Source: Octopus vulgaris (lineage: Eukaryota). From it: 64,000 nt of DNA. Positions 1 through 11,995 of the stretch are shown piece after piece. A program made the position numbers and the translations under genes. The DNA lies in contig OX597836.1 in assembly GCA_951406725.2 (NCBI GenBank), forward strand, positions 30,194,001 through 30,258,000, given 5' to 3'. Under the pieces are notes generated by a model. It searched no databases, was not told the DNA's origin, and was given only the letters and a program-made list of their open reading frames with translations. The first letter of the stretch is position 1, and each line of letters begins with the position of its first letter.

Positions 1-400
1 ATTTAGCAACTGGTACATTTTATGCAGCAGCCCTCATCCATCTGCATTACATGATAAAACCAACTGTCTTCTCTCTTGCACACTACATCTGACACATCTT
101 ATGATCAATTTTTCTCTCAATACATTTTCCCTTTGTCCTACATGCACACTAACATTGCATTTTCAGCAGAGCATGCTAGTTTCCTTTCTTTCTAGTTTAT
201 ACATTTATGGTCCATGTTTCACTATCATGTTCCATTACTGTTTGTACACTATCAACATACAATCTGCCTTTCACTCTGAGAGAAAGGTCTTTTGTTATCA
301 ACAGAAACAATAACTTCCTCAACTTTCACCAACCATTTGATATGCTAGCAATTATGCTTTCAGAACATCCTCCTCCACTGCAAATTAGGTCACCTTGCTA
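1..400 (-). mobile_element. Decayed RTE-clade LINE ORF2 fragment
   Basis: Minus-strand translation GDLICSGGGCSE...LSLRVKGRLY...SETW, typical of the post-RT region of RTE ORF2, with stops. Confidence 0.7.
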
Positions 401-434
401 AAATAATGAGCTGTCAAAAGTGCAAATATGCAAA

Positions 435-618
435 TTAGGGTATCCACAATGGTGCGACAAGTGTAGCAGCTGAATGCAATATGCTATTGATTGGTGAAGA
501 AAACTGGGTATGTCTTCCCTGATGAGTGGTTGATAAACTGTTAAATAGTTCATCAGGAGATCCTCCTCTCTTATCTTTCTGCACATCAAAAGTAGTGAAT
601 TCACCTGCTCTGCAATAT
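435..618 (-). CDS. Candidate terminal exon (or 14-nt microexon 605-618)
   Basis: Very strong acceptor tgctctctccctttctccccgtctctcttag|ATATTG. Phase-2 frame open for about 60 codons (YCRAGEFTTFDVQKDKRGGSPDELF...LWIP*). Internal donor CAG|gtgaat after 14 nt. Confidence 0.35.
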
Positions 619-701
619 CTAAGAGAGACGGGGAGAAAGGGAGAGAGCATAGACAAGAGATGTTAAATGATGAGGATGATGATATATGTATATATATATA
701 T

Positions 702-1085
702 ATTCTTTTATTCTTCTACTTGTTTCAGTCATTTGATTGTGGCCATGCTGGAACACTATCTTGAAGGGTCTTAGTTGAATGAATTAACCCCAGGACTTTT
801 TTTTAAAGCCTAATACTTATTCCATTGGTTTCTTTTGCCAAACTGCTAAGTTACAGGAACATAAACACACCAACACCGGTTGTCAAATGCTGATTGAAGG
901 ACAAACACAGACACAACAATACACATGATAGGCTTCTTTCAGTTTCTGTCTACCAAATCCACACACAATAGTTTGGTTGGCACAAGGCTATAGTAGAGGA
1001 CACTTTCCCAAGGTGCTACGCAGTGGGACTGAACCCAGAACCATGTGGTTGGAAAGCAAGCTTCTTACTACACAGCCATGCCCAT
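702..1085 (-). mobile_element. tRNA-derived SINE family A (diverged copy)
   Basis: Reverse complement of the family A sequence at 12323-12738. Confidence 0.85.
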
Positions 1086-1805
1086 ACCTATATATATATA
1101 TATATATACTCTTGACAGCAAGAATTTAGAAGCTTGAAAAGTGTGAATTCTTTTTAGGAATGATGGATCTCAAAGCATGTAAGTATTGGATTCAAAACCT
1201 TCCCTATAGAAAATGTTGAAGGCTGCCCTAAAAAGAACACATACACACTTAAATCCTAGCAGTTTGTATTAAATAATTTGGCAGCTGAACTGAAGGGAAG
1301 GCATGAGTAATATGAATAATGCTGAATTAGCTTTTGCACAACAAAACTGTTTACAATATGGGGCAGTGGACAGGATGCATAGAAGTAAACAGATTTAGAA
1401 TTTCCTCAAATGTAGACAATTCCCACCTACACATTTGTTGAAACTAAACCCTGGCATTCTTCAATGGCGAGACAGTAAGCTAAGATGGAGACTAGATGGA
1501 GATTTGGCTGCTCACTTTTGGCAAGAGAAGCAACTAAGTGGAAATACCTTTGAAAGAAATGTAGTTATATTAAAGAAGTGATGATTGCAAAAAAAAAACA
1601 AAAAAAAACTTCAGTTTAGCCAAGGGCTGATTTTGGGGTAAAAAAAAATTCCTGATTAGATGGTAGATATGCCTTATGTTTCACACATGCACATCACACA
1701 CATATACACTGATACACATTGATAAGAATATATTTAGGGTAATAATTGTGAAATTAAATAGCTAAATAACAAGGATATTAAGACTGAAGAGAAAGGATAT
1801 TTGCT

Positions 1806-2018
1806 GTAGGAGTAGCTGTGTGATAAGTAGCTTGCTTACCAACCACATGGTTCTGGGTTCAGTCCCACTGTGTGGTGCCTTGGGCAAGGGTGTTCAGGCC
1901 GACCAAATCCTTGTGAGTGGATTTGGTAGACAGAAACTGAAAGACGCCCGTCATATATATGTATATATATATATATGTGTGTATGTTTGTCCCCCCAGCA
2001 TCGCTTGACAACTGATGC
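1806..2018 (+). mobile_element. SINE family A, 3'-truncated
   Basis: Head gtaggagtagctgtgtgataag...ggttcagtccc plus body. Confidence 0.8.
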
Positions 2019-2039
2019 AAGAAGAACAGATAAACTGTT

Positions 2040-3447
2040 TCTATGAGACCCTTCTGCAGTCTACCTCAACAGTGACTGACAACAATTTCAATACTGCAAC
2101 TTCAAGTTGCTCAACACTGTGATGGTGTCTATGATATCCACGGAGGTTATGGCTATAGTAGATTAAATAAGGGAAGTGTAAGGCTTGTAGAGTTTTGTGA
2201 TGCAGTTAATCTAACAATTTGCAACATATAGTTCAAAACTAGCCAGCTGGCCACATCGTCACTTACCAACCTAGTGAACATCATCATCATCATCGTTTAA
2301 TGTCCGTTTTCCGCGCTAGCACAGGTTGGACGGTTCAACCGGGGTCTGGGAAGCCAGGGCTGCACCAGGCTCCAGTCTGATCTGGCAGTGTTTCTACAGC
2401 TGGATGCCCTTCCCAACGCCAACCACTCCGCAAGTCAAATTTTGTTTTCCCCAGAAAATGAAACAGGCAGACCTATGTGAATAGCAAAACCTTTCCAATA
2501 TACATATATTAGCAGTTAGAGAATTCAGAGCTTTGTAAGCTGAGAGACAGAAGACAATATGGAGAAGGAAGGAGGCTAAAAGAATGTGCAGTTGGTTGAA
2601 AGTTTAAGGAAATTCTGACTTGCATGATTGTAGCAGAAAGAATTAGATACCCCTAGCATAGAGACAACTAGGAGTTCTTAAGAGATAACCTGCTGAGGAC
2701 TACAGTTCAGGTGTGTGGCTGGTCCTGGCCAAAACAAAAGTGATGAGGTATGGAATAACAGCTGACAGAGTAGCTGTAAAAGCTAGAGAGATAGATCTGG
2801 AAAATTTGGAAGGAAGGTTGCAGTAATAGATATTATCAAGTAGCTAAAAGGGGAACTAGGCGTCAGGTAGACTTAGGGAGAACTAAAAGATAAAAGAAAG
2901 AAAATGTTAAGAAGTTTGCACACAATCTGTAACATGAAGATCAAAGGCATGAGGTGTTCAGGATTGCAAGACAGTAAGTAAAAGAAGAACCAAGATGCCA
3001 TTGGTGAGAAGTATATGCAAAATGATGAAGGCACACTTGCCATTGCTGTGCAAGACAAGTAATGTATCATGAAGAATGTTAGAGTGAAAGACTGTTGAAA
3101 GTGGAGAATGCATAGGGTAAAGAGGGACTGCCACATGCTGACCCTACAGAGAGACCAGCTTATTTAGGTTGACAGTAGTATGGAAGATGGAGTGATTAAC
3201 AACATGAAGACAAGGAAAGCTGCTAGTCCATGAAGGATAGTTGCTGAGATTATCAAAATATCTGTTGAGGTAGGATGCATGAGAGTCACCTGGATAGTTA
3301 ATCAAGTAATAGAGAAAGGTGTCATATTCAATAACAAGCATTGAATTTTCCTTGTAAATTACTACCAAGGTAAAGGAGGTGCTTTAGAGAAAATTATAGA
3401 AGCATCAGATTATTGGACCAGGCTAAGGTCACAGAGAGGGTCATGTG
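2040..3447 (+). mobile_element. Decayed RTE LINE ORF2 (endonuclease to start of RT), interrupted by an RTE 3'UTR fragment at 2279-2432
   Basis: Translations IHGGYGY, EFCDAVNLTICN, HIVTY, GKAASP, NYRSIRLLD with stops and frameshifts. Confidence 0.75.
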
Positions 3448-3990
3448 CCACTGCTAACTAGTAAAAATATGTTCTTCTGCTATAGTTTTTACTATCTGCT
3501 AACTAGTAAAAATATATTCCACTGCTTGTGGAATAAAAACTAACTCGTAAAAATATGTCCCACTACTTATAATATTTACTTACAGTTAACCAGTAAAATA
3601 ATGTTTCACTGCTTATAGTATTTACTAACTACTAACTAGTAGAAAAAGGAATTCTTATTTTTTTTTGGGGGGTGGGGACACGATGACGATGACAGTGAAT
3701 CTTGAAGCATATAAAGCAATAAAATAAAAGCATGTAAATACTGGGTTGAAAAACATTTCTGAATAGAAAAATTTGAAAGCTACCAATAATAGTAAAAATA
3801 TGTTCCATTGCTATAGTATTTACTAACTGCTAACAAGTAAAGATCTTTCCCACTGGTATACAATTTACTAACAGCTAGCTAGAGAAAACATGTCCCACTG
3901 CTGTAGTATTTAGTAACAGCTAAATTGTAAAAAAGGAAAAAAAAAAGTTCTACAGCTTTGCTAACTTAGAAAAATATGTTCTACTTTATA
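3448..3990. repeat. ~42-bp minisatellite in two blocks (about 3448-3645 and 3780-3990)
   Basis: Unit approx. ctgctaactagtaaaaatatgttccactgctatagtatttacta, degenerate copies. Confidence 0.8.
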
Positions 3991-4083
3991 TATGTTACCT
4001 TATAAAAATAAGCAGTAAAAATGGAAACAAATATTTCTGATATTTAATTTTCGTTTTTTTTATTTTATTTTAATACATCTTAC

Positions 4084-4106
4084 ATCATTATCACCATCAA
4101 AAATGT
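4084..4106 (-). CDS. Candidate 23-nt microexon (ACATTTTTGATGGTGATAATGAT)
   Basis: Strong acceptor tttatttcttcctccctcctccgtcag| and donor GAT|gtaaga; phase-1 reading IFDGDND. Confidence 0.4.
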
Positions 4107-4545
4107 CTGACGGAGGAGGGAGGAAGAAATAAATCACTGTCATTTTCAGTGAAAGAGCTTTTAAAATTAATCCTGTTTGAGACATGTTAAGTAGATTAAT
4201 GTGGATATACAGCCAATAGACTTATTTGCAATTCAATAGAAACATAAAGAAGAAAAACGGTAAATAACAAAAAAAAAAAAAATAAGAAAGAAGCAGACAA
4301 CTATGGAAAGAGTGAAATGTTTAAATCAAAGAAGACATCACACAGTGTGTATGTATACTCCTACACATACATGTGTGTGTGTGTGTGTGTATAGGTTTGG
4401 TGATGCAAACAGGGAAATAAAATTCAGAACATGAGTATATATACATTTTTTTTTAAATAACAATTGGCAGAAGTTGGTCCTTGAGTCATTCTGCAACTTC
4501 TGCTGAGTATTATTAAAAAAATAAGTGTGTGTGTGTGTGTGTGTG

Positions 4546-4628
<83 letters not shown>

Positions 4629-4632
4629 TTGT

Positions 4633-4937
4633 GTGTAAAAAGCACCATCCGATTGTGGCCGTTGCCAGCCTCGTCTGGCCCCCCCGTGCCGGTGGCATGT
4701 AAAAAGCACCATCCGATCATGGCCGTTTGCGAGTCTCGTCTGGCACCTGTGCAAGTGGCACATAAAAAGCACCCACTACATTCATGGAGTGGTTGGCGTT
4801 AGGAAGGGCATCCAGCTGTAGAAACACTGCCAGATCAGACTGGGCCTGGTGCAGCCTTCTGGCTTCCCAGACCCCAGTTGAACCGTCCAACCCACGCTAG
4901 CATAGAAAACGGACGTTAAACGATGATGATGATGATG

Positions 4938-4938
<1 letters not shown>
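4633..4938 (+). mobile_element. RTE LINE 3'UTR fragment (family C) with internal tandem units and (GAT)n tail
   Basis: ggtggca(c/t)gtaaaaagcacc units, ggttggcgttaggaagggcatccagc, ...ggacgttaaacgatgatgat; same sequence follows an RTE ORF end at 45110-45697. Confidence 0.8.
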
Positions 4939-4971
<33 letters not shown>

Positions 4972-5908
4972 GGGGTGTGTATATATATATATATGACCTA
5001 ATTTTTAATTATCAGTTATCATGTAGTTTTAGATAAATTAGGTAATATTACATTTCAGAATATTTTTCTGATTTATCAAATGTGCTCATACTCAATCCCG
5101 AAGGGAAGATATACGTAATTGCTTTGCCCGTTAGAAATACCAACCAAATCACCTTCAAATCACACCACACACATCTCTGTTTGAATGTTCTTGATCACAG
5201 ATTCTGTTTAATAAAAGCTGAGCTGGGACTAAACAACAACTGAATTTTATTAGAGACACCTTATCTCACAAAACCCATTTTGGGAAACATGTAGTATGAC
5301 CATTCAAACACTGTTACTATCTTTTCAAATCCTGCTGCATTTCACCTGGAAGTTTTGGTCCTTGAAATTCATCTTGGTGTATAAGTCAACCTACCCTTTT
5401 TTGGTTGTAGATTTTAGTCTGGAAAAATTGACTCGAATGCTGGAAAATACTGTAGGCATTCTATGTAATTCCTTGGCCTGTTTGGATATAGCATCCAAAT
5501 CTTCCTCAGCCAAATTTACTGCCTTGTGTAACTAGAGGTTATATCAGATAATGTAGCCCTAACTATCCCTCTAATTATGGAGTAGTCATGACTGCTTTTT
5601 GATCAGGACTGATTTTCTAACAGAAATCATGGAACTCAAATGGGCAACCTCTCCAGTTTACTTTTAATAAGACATTATGACATTAAAGTTGATCTCTATC
5701 ATCATTTTAACATCTACTTTTCAATGCTTGCATGGATCAGATGAAATTCATTGAAGCAGATTTTCTATAACCAGATGCTCTTCCTGTTACTAAACTTCAC
5801 CTGTTTGCAGATAAGGGAATACTTCCCCATGTATTTTAAACATGAACAACACAATGGGCAGATATGTCTTCACAGGAAATTGTAAACACAAACACACACA
5901 TACATAAA

Positions 5909-5958
<50 letters not shown>

Positions 5959-5974
5959 ATATATATATATATAT

Positions 5975-6118
5975 ACTCTCCTTGTTTTCTGTGTCCCTTT
6001 CTATAGAAGAGCATAGGCTCGAAACATAAAAGACTTTTTCTATTCCTGAGCGTTATACTAATTTATCTGTTTGTTTTGTACACCACCTGTCTTCGTCTTT
6101 TGTTTTTTCATAAACTCT

Positions 6119-6121
<3 letters not shown>
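5975..6121 (+). mobile_element. Short Penelope-like (pLTR-type) insert in (TA)n with a decayed minimal hammerhead at 5997-6032
   Basis: CTTT-CTATAGA-A-GAGC-ATAG-GCTC-GAAA-CA-TA-AAAG; (TA)n on both sides. Confidence 0.5.
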
Positions 6122-6173
<52 letters not shown>

Positions 6174-7877
6174 TACATATATACACATAGGACAGGCTTC
6201 TTTCTGCTTCCATCTACCAAATATATTTGCAAGGCTTTGATCGGCCCAAGGCTCTAGTATAAGACACATAACTCAAGGTGCCATGTAGTGGGATTGAACC
6301 CCTCCACATGGTTGCAAACAAACATCATAACCATGCAGCCATGGCAGCATTTTATTTATTCATATAGAAAAGAAATAAATAATAATATTTTGAAAACGGA
6401 CAATACTATTTTTGCAATAAATTAACTTTCTATTGAATTTTATTAGAGACACCTTATCTCACAAAACCCATTTTGGGAAACACTGTACTAATGTCTAAAA
6501 GCATCAAGTGTCGTACGGTGAACGATGAGTTAATAATGAACTGAATTTGTGACTTGGCTTTTTGCATTTCTAAAGGAAACCAACTAACATTCACAGATGA
6601 TACCCTACAAAGCACTGCACAATTATTTTATTTTTTGACAAAACTTTTTAAACCAACAAAAAAGAAAAATGGCTATAACTGAAATAAAAATTAAAACATA
6701 AACTAAACAAAAATTGAAATTTTATTTAACAAAATGTTTAGAAATGATAATAAAAATAATGAATTGAAACCAGTCAGATGTTGTTTGATTTAATCAATGA
6801 TTTCTTAACATAAGGACAAAAACCAGAAATTTAAGGGAGTCAGGTGCACTGATTTTAGCATCCTTCTGCTGCATTATTTTATTGCCCCCTGAAGGACAAA
6901 GTGCAGAACTGACCTAAGCAGAATTTGAACTCATACTGTAAAAGGTTGTAATTTATTGCAAAGCATTTTCTCTGAAGTTGTAATGATTCTGCTAATCCAC
7001 TGTGTTAATTGTTTGGTTTAATTAAATTTAATTAACAAAAGCACTGGTAGAAACAGTAGAAATATGCTAAAGTAAGTGGGCACATGTATGGTTAAATGAT
7101 TTAATTTTTTTTTACTGCCCAACCAGATGGATCTGGGTTCAATCTCACTGTATAGCACTATGGGCAAGTGGTGTCTACCTTGAGTTGACCAATGCATTGC
7201 AGAGTGACATTTTCTAGGTGGAAACCCTGTGTGTGTGCACGTCTGTTTGTGTTCACAAGAGAGTACTGACATACTGATGGGGAAACTCACAAAGCCAATC
7301 AATACAGATCAGTCAATAAAATAAGGGTCGGAAAAAAGTGACCTTTCGGCAGTGATCCAGGATGGTTGCAATCCAAATGATTAAAAGAATATAAGTTCCA
7401 ACAATTTTAACAATAATAGTATCTGATTTAGGCACAAGGCAAGCAATTTGGAGGTGATTAAGTCAACAAAATGAATCCCAATTCTCATCTGGTACTTTAT
7501 TTTATTGATCATAGAGGGATAAAAGGCAAGGCTGACCATGACAAGACTTGAGCTCAGAATGCAAAGAACAGGAACGAATACCACAAGGCATTTTTTTTTT
7601 ATTCCCTGCTTTTATAATTCTGTCAACTTATTGCCTTTCTAATAATCCTTTCTATGATAGACACAAGGCCTGAAATTTTGTGGGAGGGGGCTAGTTGATT
7701 ACACTGACCCCATTGTTTGACTGGTACTTAAGTTATTCGTCCCAAATAGATGAACGGCAAAGCTGACCTTGGTGGAATTTAAATTCAGAACGTATGATAT
7801 GCTGTTGAGTATGCATTCAACATTTTAACAATCCCGTCAAATCTTGCTTTTCTAATAACAACAACAACAACAACAAC

Positions 7878-7942
<65 letters not shown>

Positions 7943-8214
7943 CAACAACAATAATAACAATAATAGTATTTCAGTACAAGACCAGCTATTATAGGTGTAG
8001 GGGGTAAGTCGATTATCTTGACCCCCAGACTTTGATTGTTACTTTTATTTTATTGACTCCAGAAGGATAAAAGTCAAAGTTGACCTCTGTAGGGTTTGAA
8101 CCCAAAATGTAAAAGCCAGGAACACATAACTGTAAAGCGAACTTCCTTTATAGAATTAATCAAAACATACTCCAGGAAAAAAAGAATAAATAATAAAAAA
8201 ACCTTGTATATATT

Positions 8215-8253
<39 letters not shown>

Positions 8254-9036
8254 TATATACAAGGTTTTTTATTATTTATTCTTTATATATATATATATAT
8301 ACACACACACATATGTATATGAAGAGAAAGTAAAAAAAAATTGAAAAAACAAAAACAAAAGAACAACATTTAATTAATGCTTTACGGAAACAACATAATC
8401 TTTTAAATCCCAAATGAAATAATTAAGAAAATATTTGCCCTCTGTTGCTCTTTGATTTGATAAAGTGTGAGATATACAGAACAGCTGATACATTTCATTA
8501 GCAACAATAACCTCATTGGACAACACACAATACAGGGACACCTATTTCTACTGCTAGAAATAGCAACCAAATTCACTCAAACTATACATTACTGTTTCTT
8601 AAAAATGGAAGGATGCAATCTGAATAATAGTCTTGGATGTATTATCTAGGAATAAAGAGAGATGGTCATGACTGGAATACTTTATTTAACCCTTAACTGT
8701 AAAAATAAACTTTATGCTTATTCTAGTAATGACGTTAAATATCTACCAAAAAATAGAATTGGTATTTTCTGCAAATCACATGAAGCTGCTTCAATAAACT
8801 TGATATACTTCAACAAAAAAAAAGTTCAAACATGATATTCCTTGACAAAAAATAAGTTTGGTATATAAAATTGTGTTCCATAGTTAAGGGTAGTGGAATA
8901 ACTTCTTTCTGCAGTTGATCAGAGCAGACAGGGTTAAACAATATGTGTGTACATGAACAAATGAGGAAGCCTCTATACAGTTGTTTGACCAGCTAAAAAC
9001 AGCAGCTAAATTTCCCACAAATCGCAACTTAGCATC

Positions 9037-9454
9037 GGATCTTTTCGGTTTGAACGGCAGTTTTTAACATAATTTCTGGGTAACTAAAAAATTTTTAACT
9101 TTGTATACTGGTAGAATGTGTTTATAAAACATCTTTTTCTCTTGGCTTTATTGAGAAAATTCTATAGTTTGTAAGATATTTGTTGCTTTTTTTTCTTCAA
9201 TTTCTGCAATTTCAACCAATCACTGACGTGTATTGAGGTAAACAACATTCTGTGCTGTATGAATATGTCCCTCGTTTAAGAAACAGATTGGGTTTATTTA
9301 CATTTGTGAAGAAAAAAAGTTACTCTTTCCCCCACCCCTAACCCTAACTCTAAAACAGATTGAAATGCAATAGATCGATACTAGGGTCATAATTATGGGT
9401 GTCAATTTCATATGACACTGCTAGAAAAAACTGCCGTTCAAACCAAAAAGATCC
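9037..9454. mobile_element. Non-autonomous DNA transposon (MITE), Mutator-like from its 9-bp TSD
   Basis: TIRs ggatcttttcggtttgaacggcagttttt / aaaaactgccgttcaaaccaaaaagatcc; exact TSD cttagcatc at 9028-9036 and 9455-9463. Confidence 0.9.
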
Positions 9455-9690
9455 CTTAGCATCTTAAATAAAGAAAGCACACATTAAATCATTGCATCTC
9501 CAGTATTTACTCTAGTTAAATACTTATTTTATTGACCTCCATATATTGAGTGGATGAGTTACTTTTCAAGCAACACACAGTTTTACAATGGTATCAACAG
9601 ACACAAACACACAATGGACATCTGTATGGTTTCCATCTAACAAACTTATGCACTGAGCTTAAAAAAAAAAAAAAAAGAGAAAAAAGGTTC

Positions 9691-9860
9691 AACATGAAGA
9701 CAGGGAAAGCTGCTAGTCCATCAAGGACAGTTGTTGAGATTATCAAAATATCTGTTGAGGTAGGATACATGAGAGTCACCTGGATAGTTAATCAAGTAAC
9801 AGAGAAAGGTGTCATATTCAGTAACAAGCATTGAATTTTCCTTGTAAACTATTACAAAGG
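9691..9860 (+). repeat. Local copy of RTE fragment 3201-3370
   Basis: Near-identical, including shared disablements. Confidence 0.85.
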
Positions 9861-10060
9861 AAACAACTTTGGAGGGTAAACAACAGAAGTTCAACTGAAT
9901 TAACACTTTTGTTACTCTAATTCTGTTGAAATATATTGCCTTTGTTTCAACTAATTTTTAAAACAATGAAATATTTGGTAAAATAACTTTTTCATTATTA
10001 AGCTGGAGTCTGGAACAAATTAGCATGTAATTTTGATGGAAGATTATAATTTAGACCACT

Positions 10061-10289
10061 TTAACCCTTTGGCATTTAAACCGGCCATATCCGGCCCAAA
10101 ATATTCTACCTGTTTTACATTCAAACTGACTGGATCCAGCCTCTTACATTAATCCTACAATGCCATGCTAAAAATAAGCAATAACATAAAAAAAATCTCA
10201 AAGCTACAAGATAATGCATGAGTTATTTAAATCGACATAAATAAATAAGCATTACACTTGACAAAATAATCTGAATACTAAAAAGTTAA
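10061..10289. mobile_element. ~225-bp TTAA-flanked piggyBac-type MITE (family P1). Other copies: 15158-15382, 30342-30809, 41296-41519, 47338-47567, 47997-48216, ~57066-57290, 59713-59940
   Basis: TTAA-CCCTTT...AAAGGG-TTAA termini (variably decayed) and a shared body (ggccatatccggccc, cctacaatgtcatt, agataatgcatg). Confidence 0.8.
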
Positions 10290-10455
10290 AAAGCAGTAAA
10301 GTTTGTCATTAAACCGGGTTTGTATCAGAATAGATTTCACTCAAGCACTCACACACAACACCTGCAAGAAATAACAAACAAACCTCTGTCATATCACATA
10401 CTATAGTTTTAAAAATGAAGGACAAACTGCACAATGACATAGAGCTAAACATACT

Positions 10456-10655
10456 TATTTCTTTACAACTCACAAGGGGCTAAAGACAGAGGGAATGAAC
10501 AAGGACAGACAAATGGATTAAGTCGATTACATTGACCCCGAAAGGATGAAAGGCAAAGTCAAACTCGGCGGAATTTGAACTCAGAACGCAGCAGCAGACG
10601 AAATACTGCTAAGCATTTCGCCCGGTGTGCTAACGTTTCTGCCAGCTCGCCACCT
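10456..10655 (-). mobile_element. tRNA-derived SINE family B with TSD
   Basis: Head gg(t/c)ggcgagctggcagaa...gagttcaaattcc on the minus strand; duplication acatagagctaaacatact at 10437-10455 and 10662-10680. Confidence 0.85.
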
Positions 10656-10949
10656 TGCTAAACATAGAGCTAAACATACTACCGAGAAAAGAATGGAGTG
10701 GTCACAGCTGGAATGTATTCCATTATAGTTGAGCTCAATAAGGTCTAACCTTGTAATAAACAACAAGTGGTCCTGAGCCAAGAATGGTGTCTTTACAAGG
10801 CACCCTGACTTGCTAGATAGAACTAACAGCTAAATTTCCATCAAATCATCACCTACCATCTTTAAAAAAAGGACACACTGAACAATGTAGTCCATACCAA
10901 CACTGGCCGTCAAGCAGTGATTGGGGACAAACACAAACTCACATAGATA

Positions 10950-11198
10950 ATCATCATCATCATCGTTTAACATCCGTTTTCCATGCTAGCATGGGTTGGA
11001 CGATTTTGACTGAGGGCTGGTAAACCAGATGGCTGCACCAGGCTCCAATCTTGATCAGGCAGAGTTTCTACAGCTGGATGCCCTTCCTAATGCCAACCAC
11101 TCCGAGAGTGTAGTGGGTGCTTATTATGTGCCACCGGCACGGGGGCCAGTCAGGTGGTACTGGCAATGACCTCGCTCAAATCTTTTTACACCTGCCAC
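10950..11198 (-). mobile_element. RTE 3'UTR fragment (family C) nested in an old family A SINE (about 10900-11367)
   Basis: catcatcatcgtttaacatccgttttccatgctagc... motif, with SINE A pieces on both sides. Confidence 0.75.
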
Positions 11199-11884
11199 AA
11201 TATGTTTCTTTTAGTTTCCATCTACCAGATCTACTCACAAATCTTTTCTTGACCCAGGGCTATAAGTAAAAGACACTTGCCCACTTGGTTCAGTCCCACT
11301 GTACATGGGACTGAACAAAAATGATGTGGTTGAGAAGAAAACTTCTAACCACACAGCTATGCCTGTACCTATTAAACACATTCTTTTTCCATGAAAAAGC
11401 ATGACCAGGTGATTTTCACATTGTTGACTTTACAAGCGTGCTTTTACAATGGAAACCAGTGAATTTCAAAGGTCACTTTTGAATATGATCTTTTGTTTAT
11501 TCAGAATACCTGAACATTTTTTCAGAGTATTTTATACAACAATTATAATAAATCTAAGCCATTCCTTTTTCCATACATTGAAATACCAAAGAAAAATCAG
11601 TGTGTATTATACACAGGAGATATTTTCCCTGAGATTTCAGTGCCCATAATCACAAATGTACATTATGCATACATAGACATACATATGTACGTTATACAAG
11701 AATGTGTATTATATACAAACAAATGCAGTGCTTGTCAATAATCACAGATATTTATATGTAATAGTAAGATACAATACATATTCCAGTTTTCCATGCTCAC
11801 ATGGTTAGACAGGTATACAATCTTGGACAACACTTATAAGCACCATTCATACAAACAGAAAGACAGCTACATAAATAGAGGTCT

Positions 11885-11953
<69 letters not shown>

Positions 11954-11995
11954 TACTGTTAATAAAAGTCGGGATGCATGGTATTCAGTTATTCC

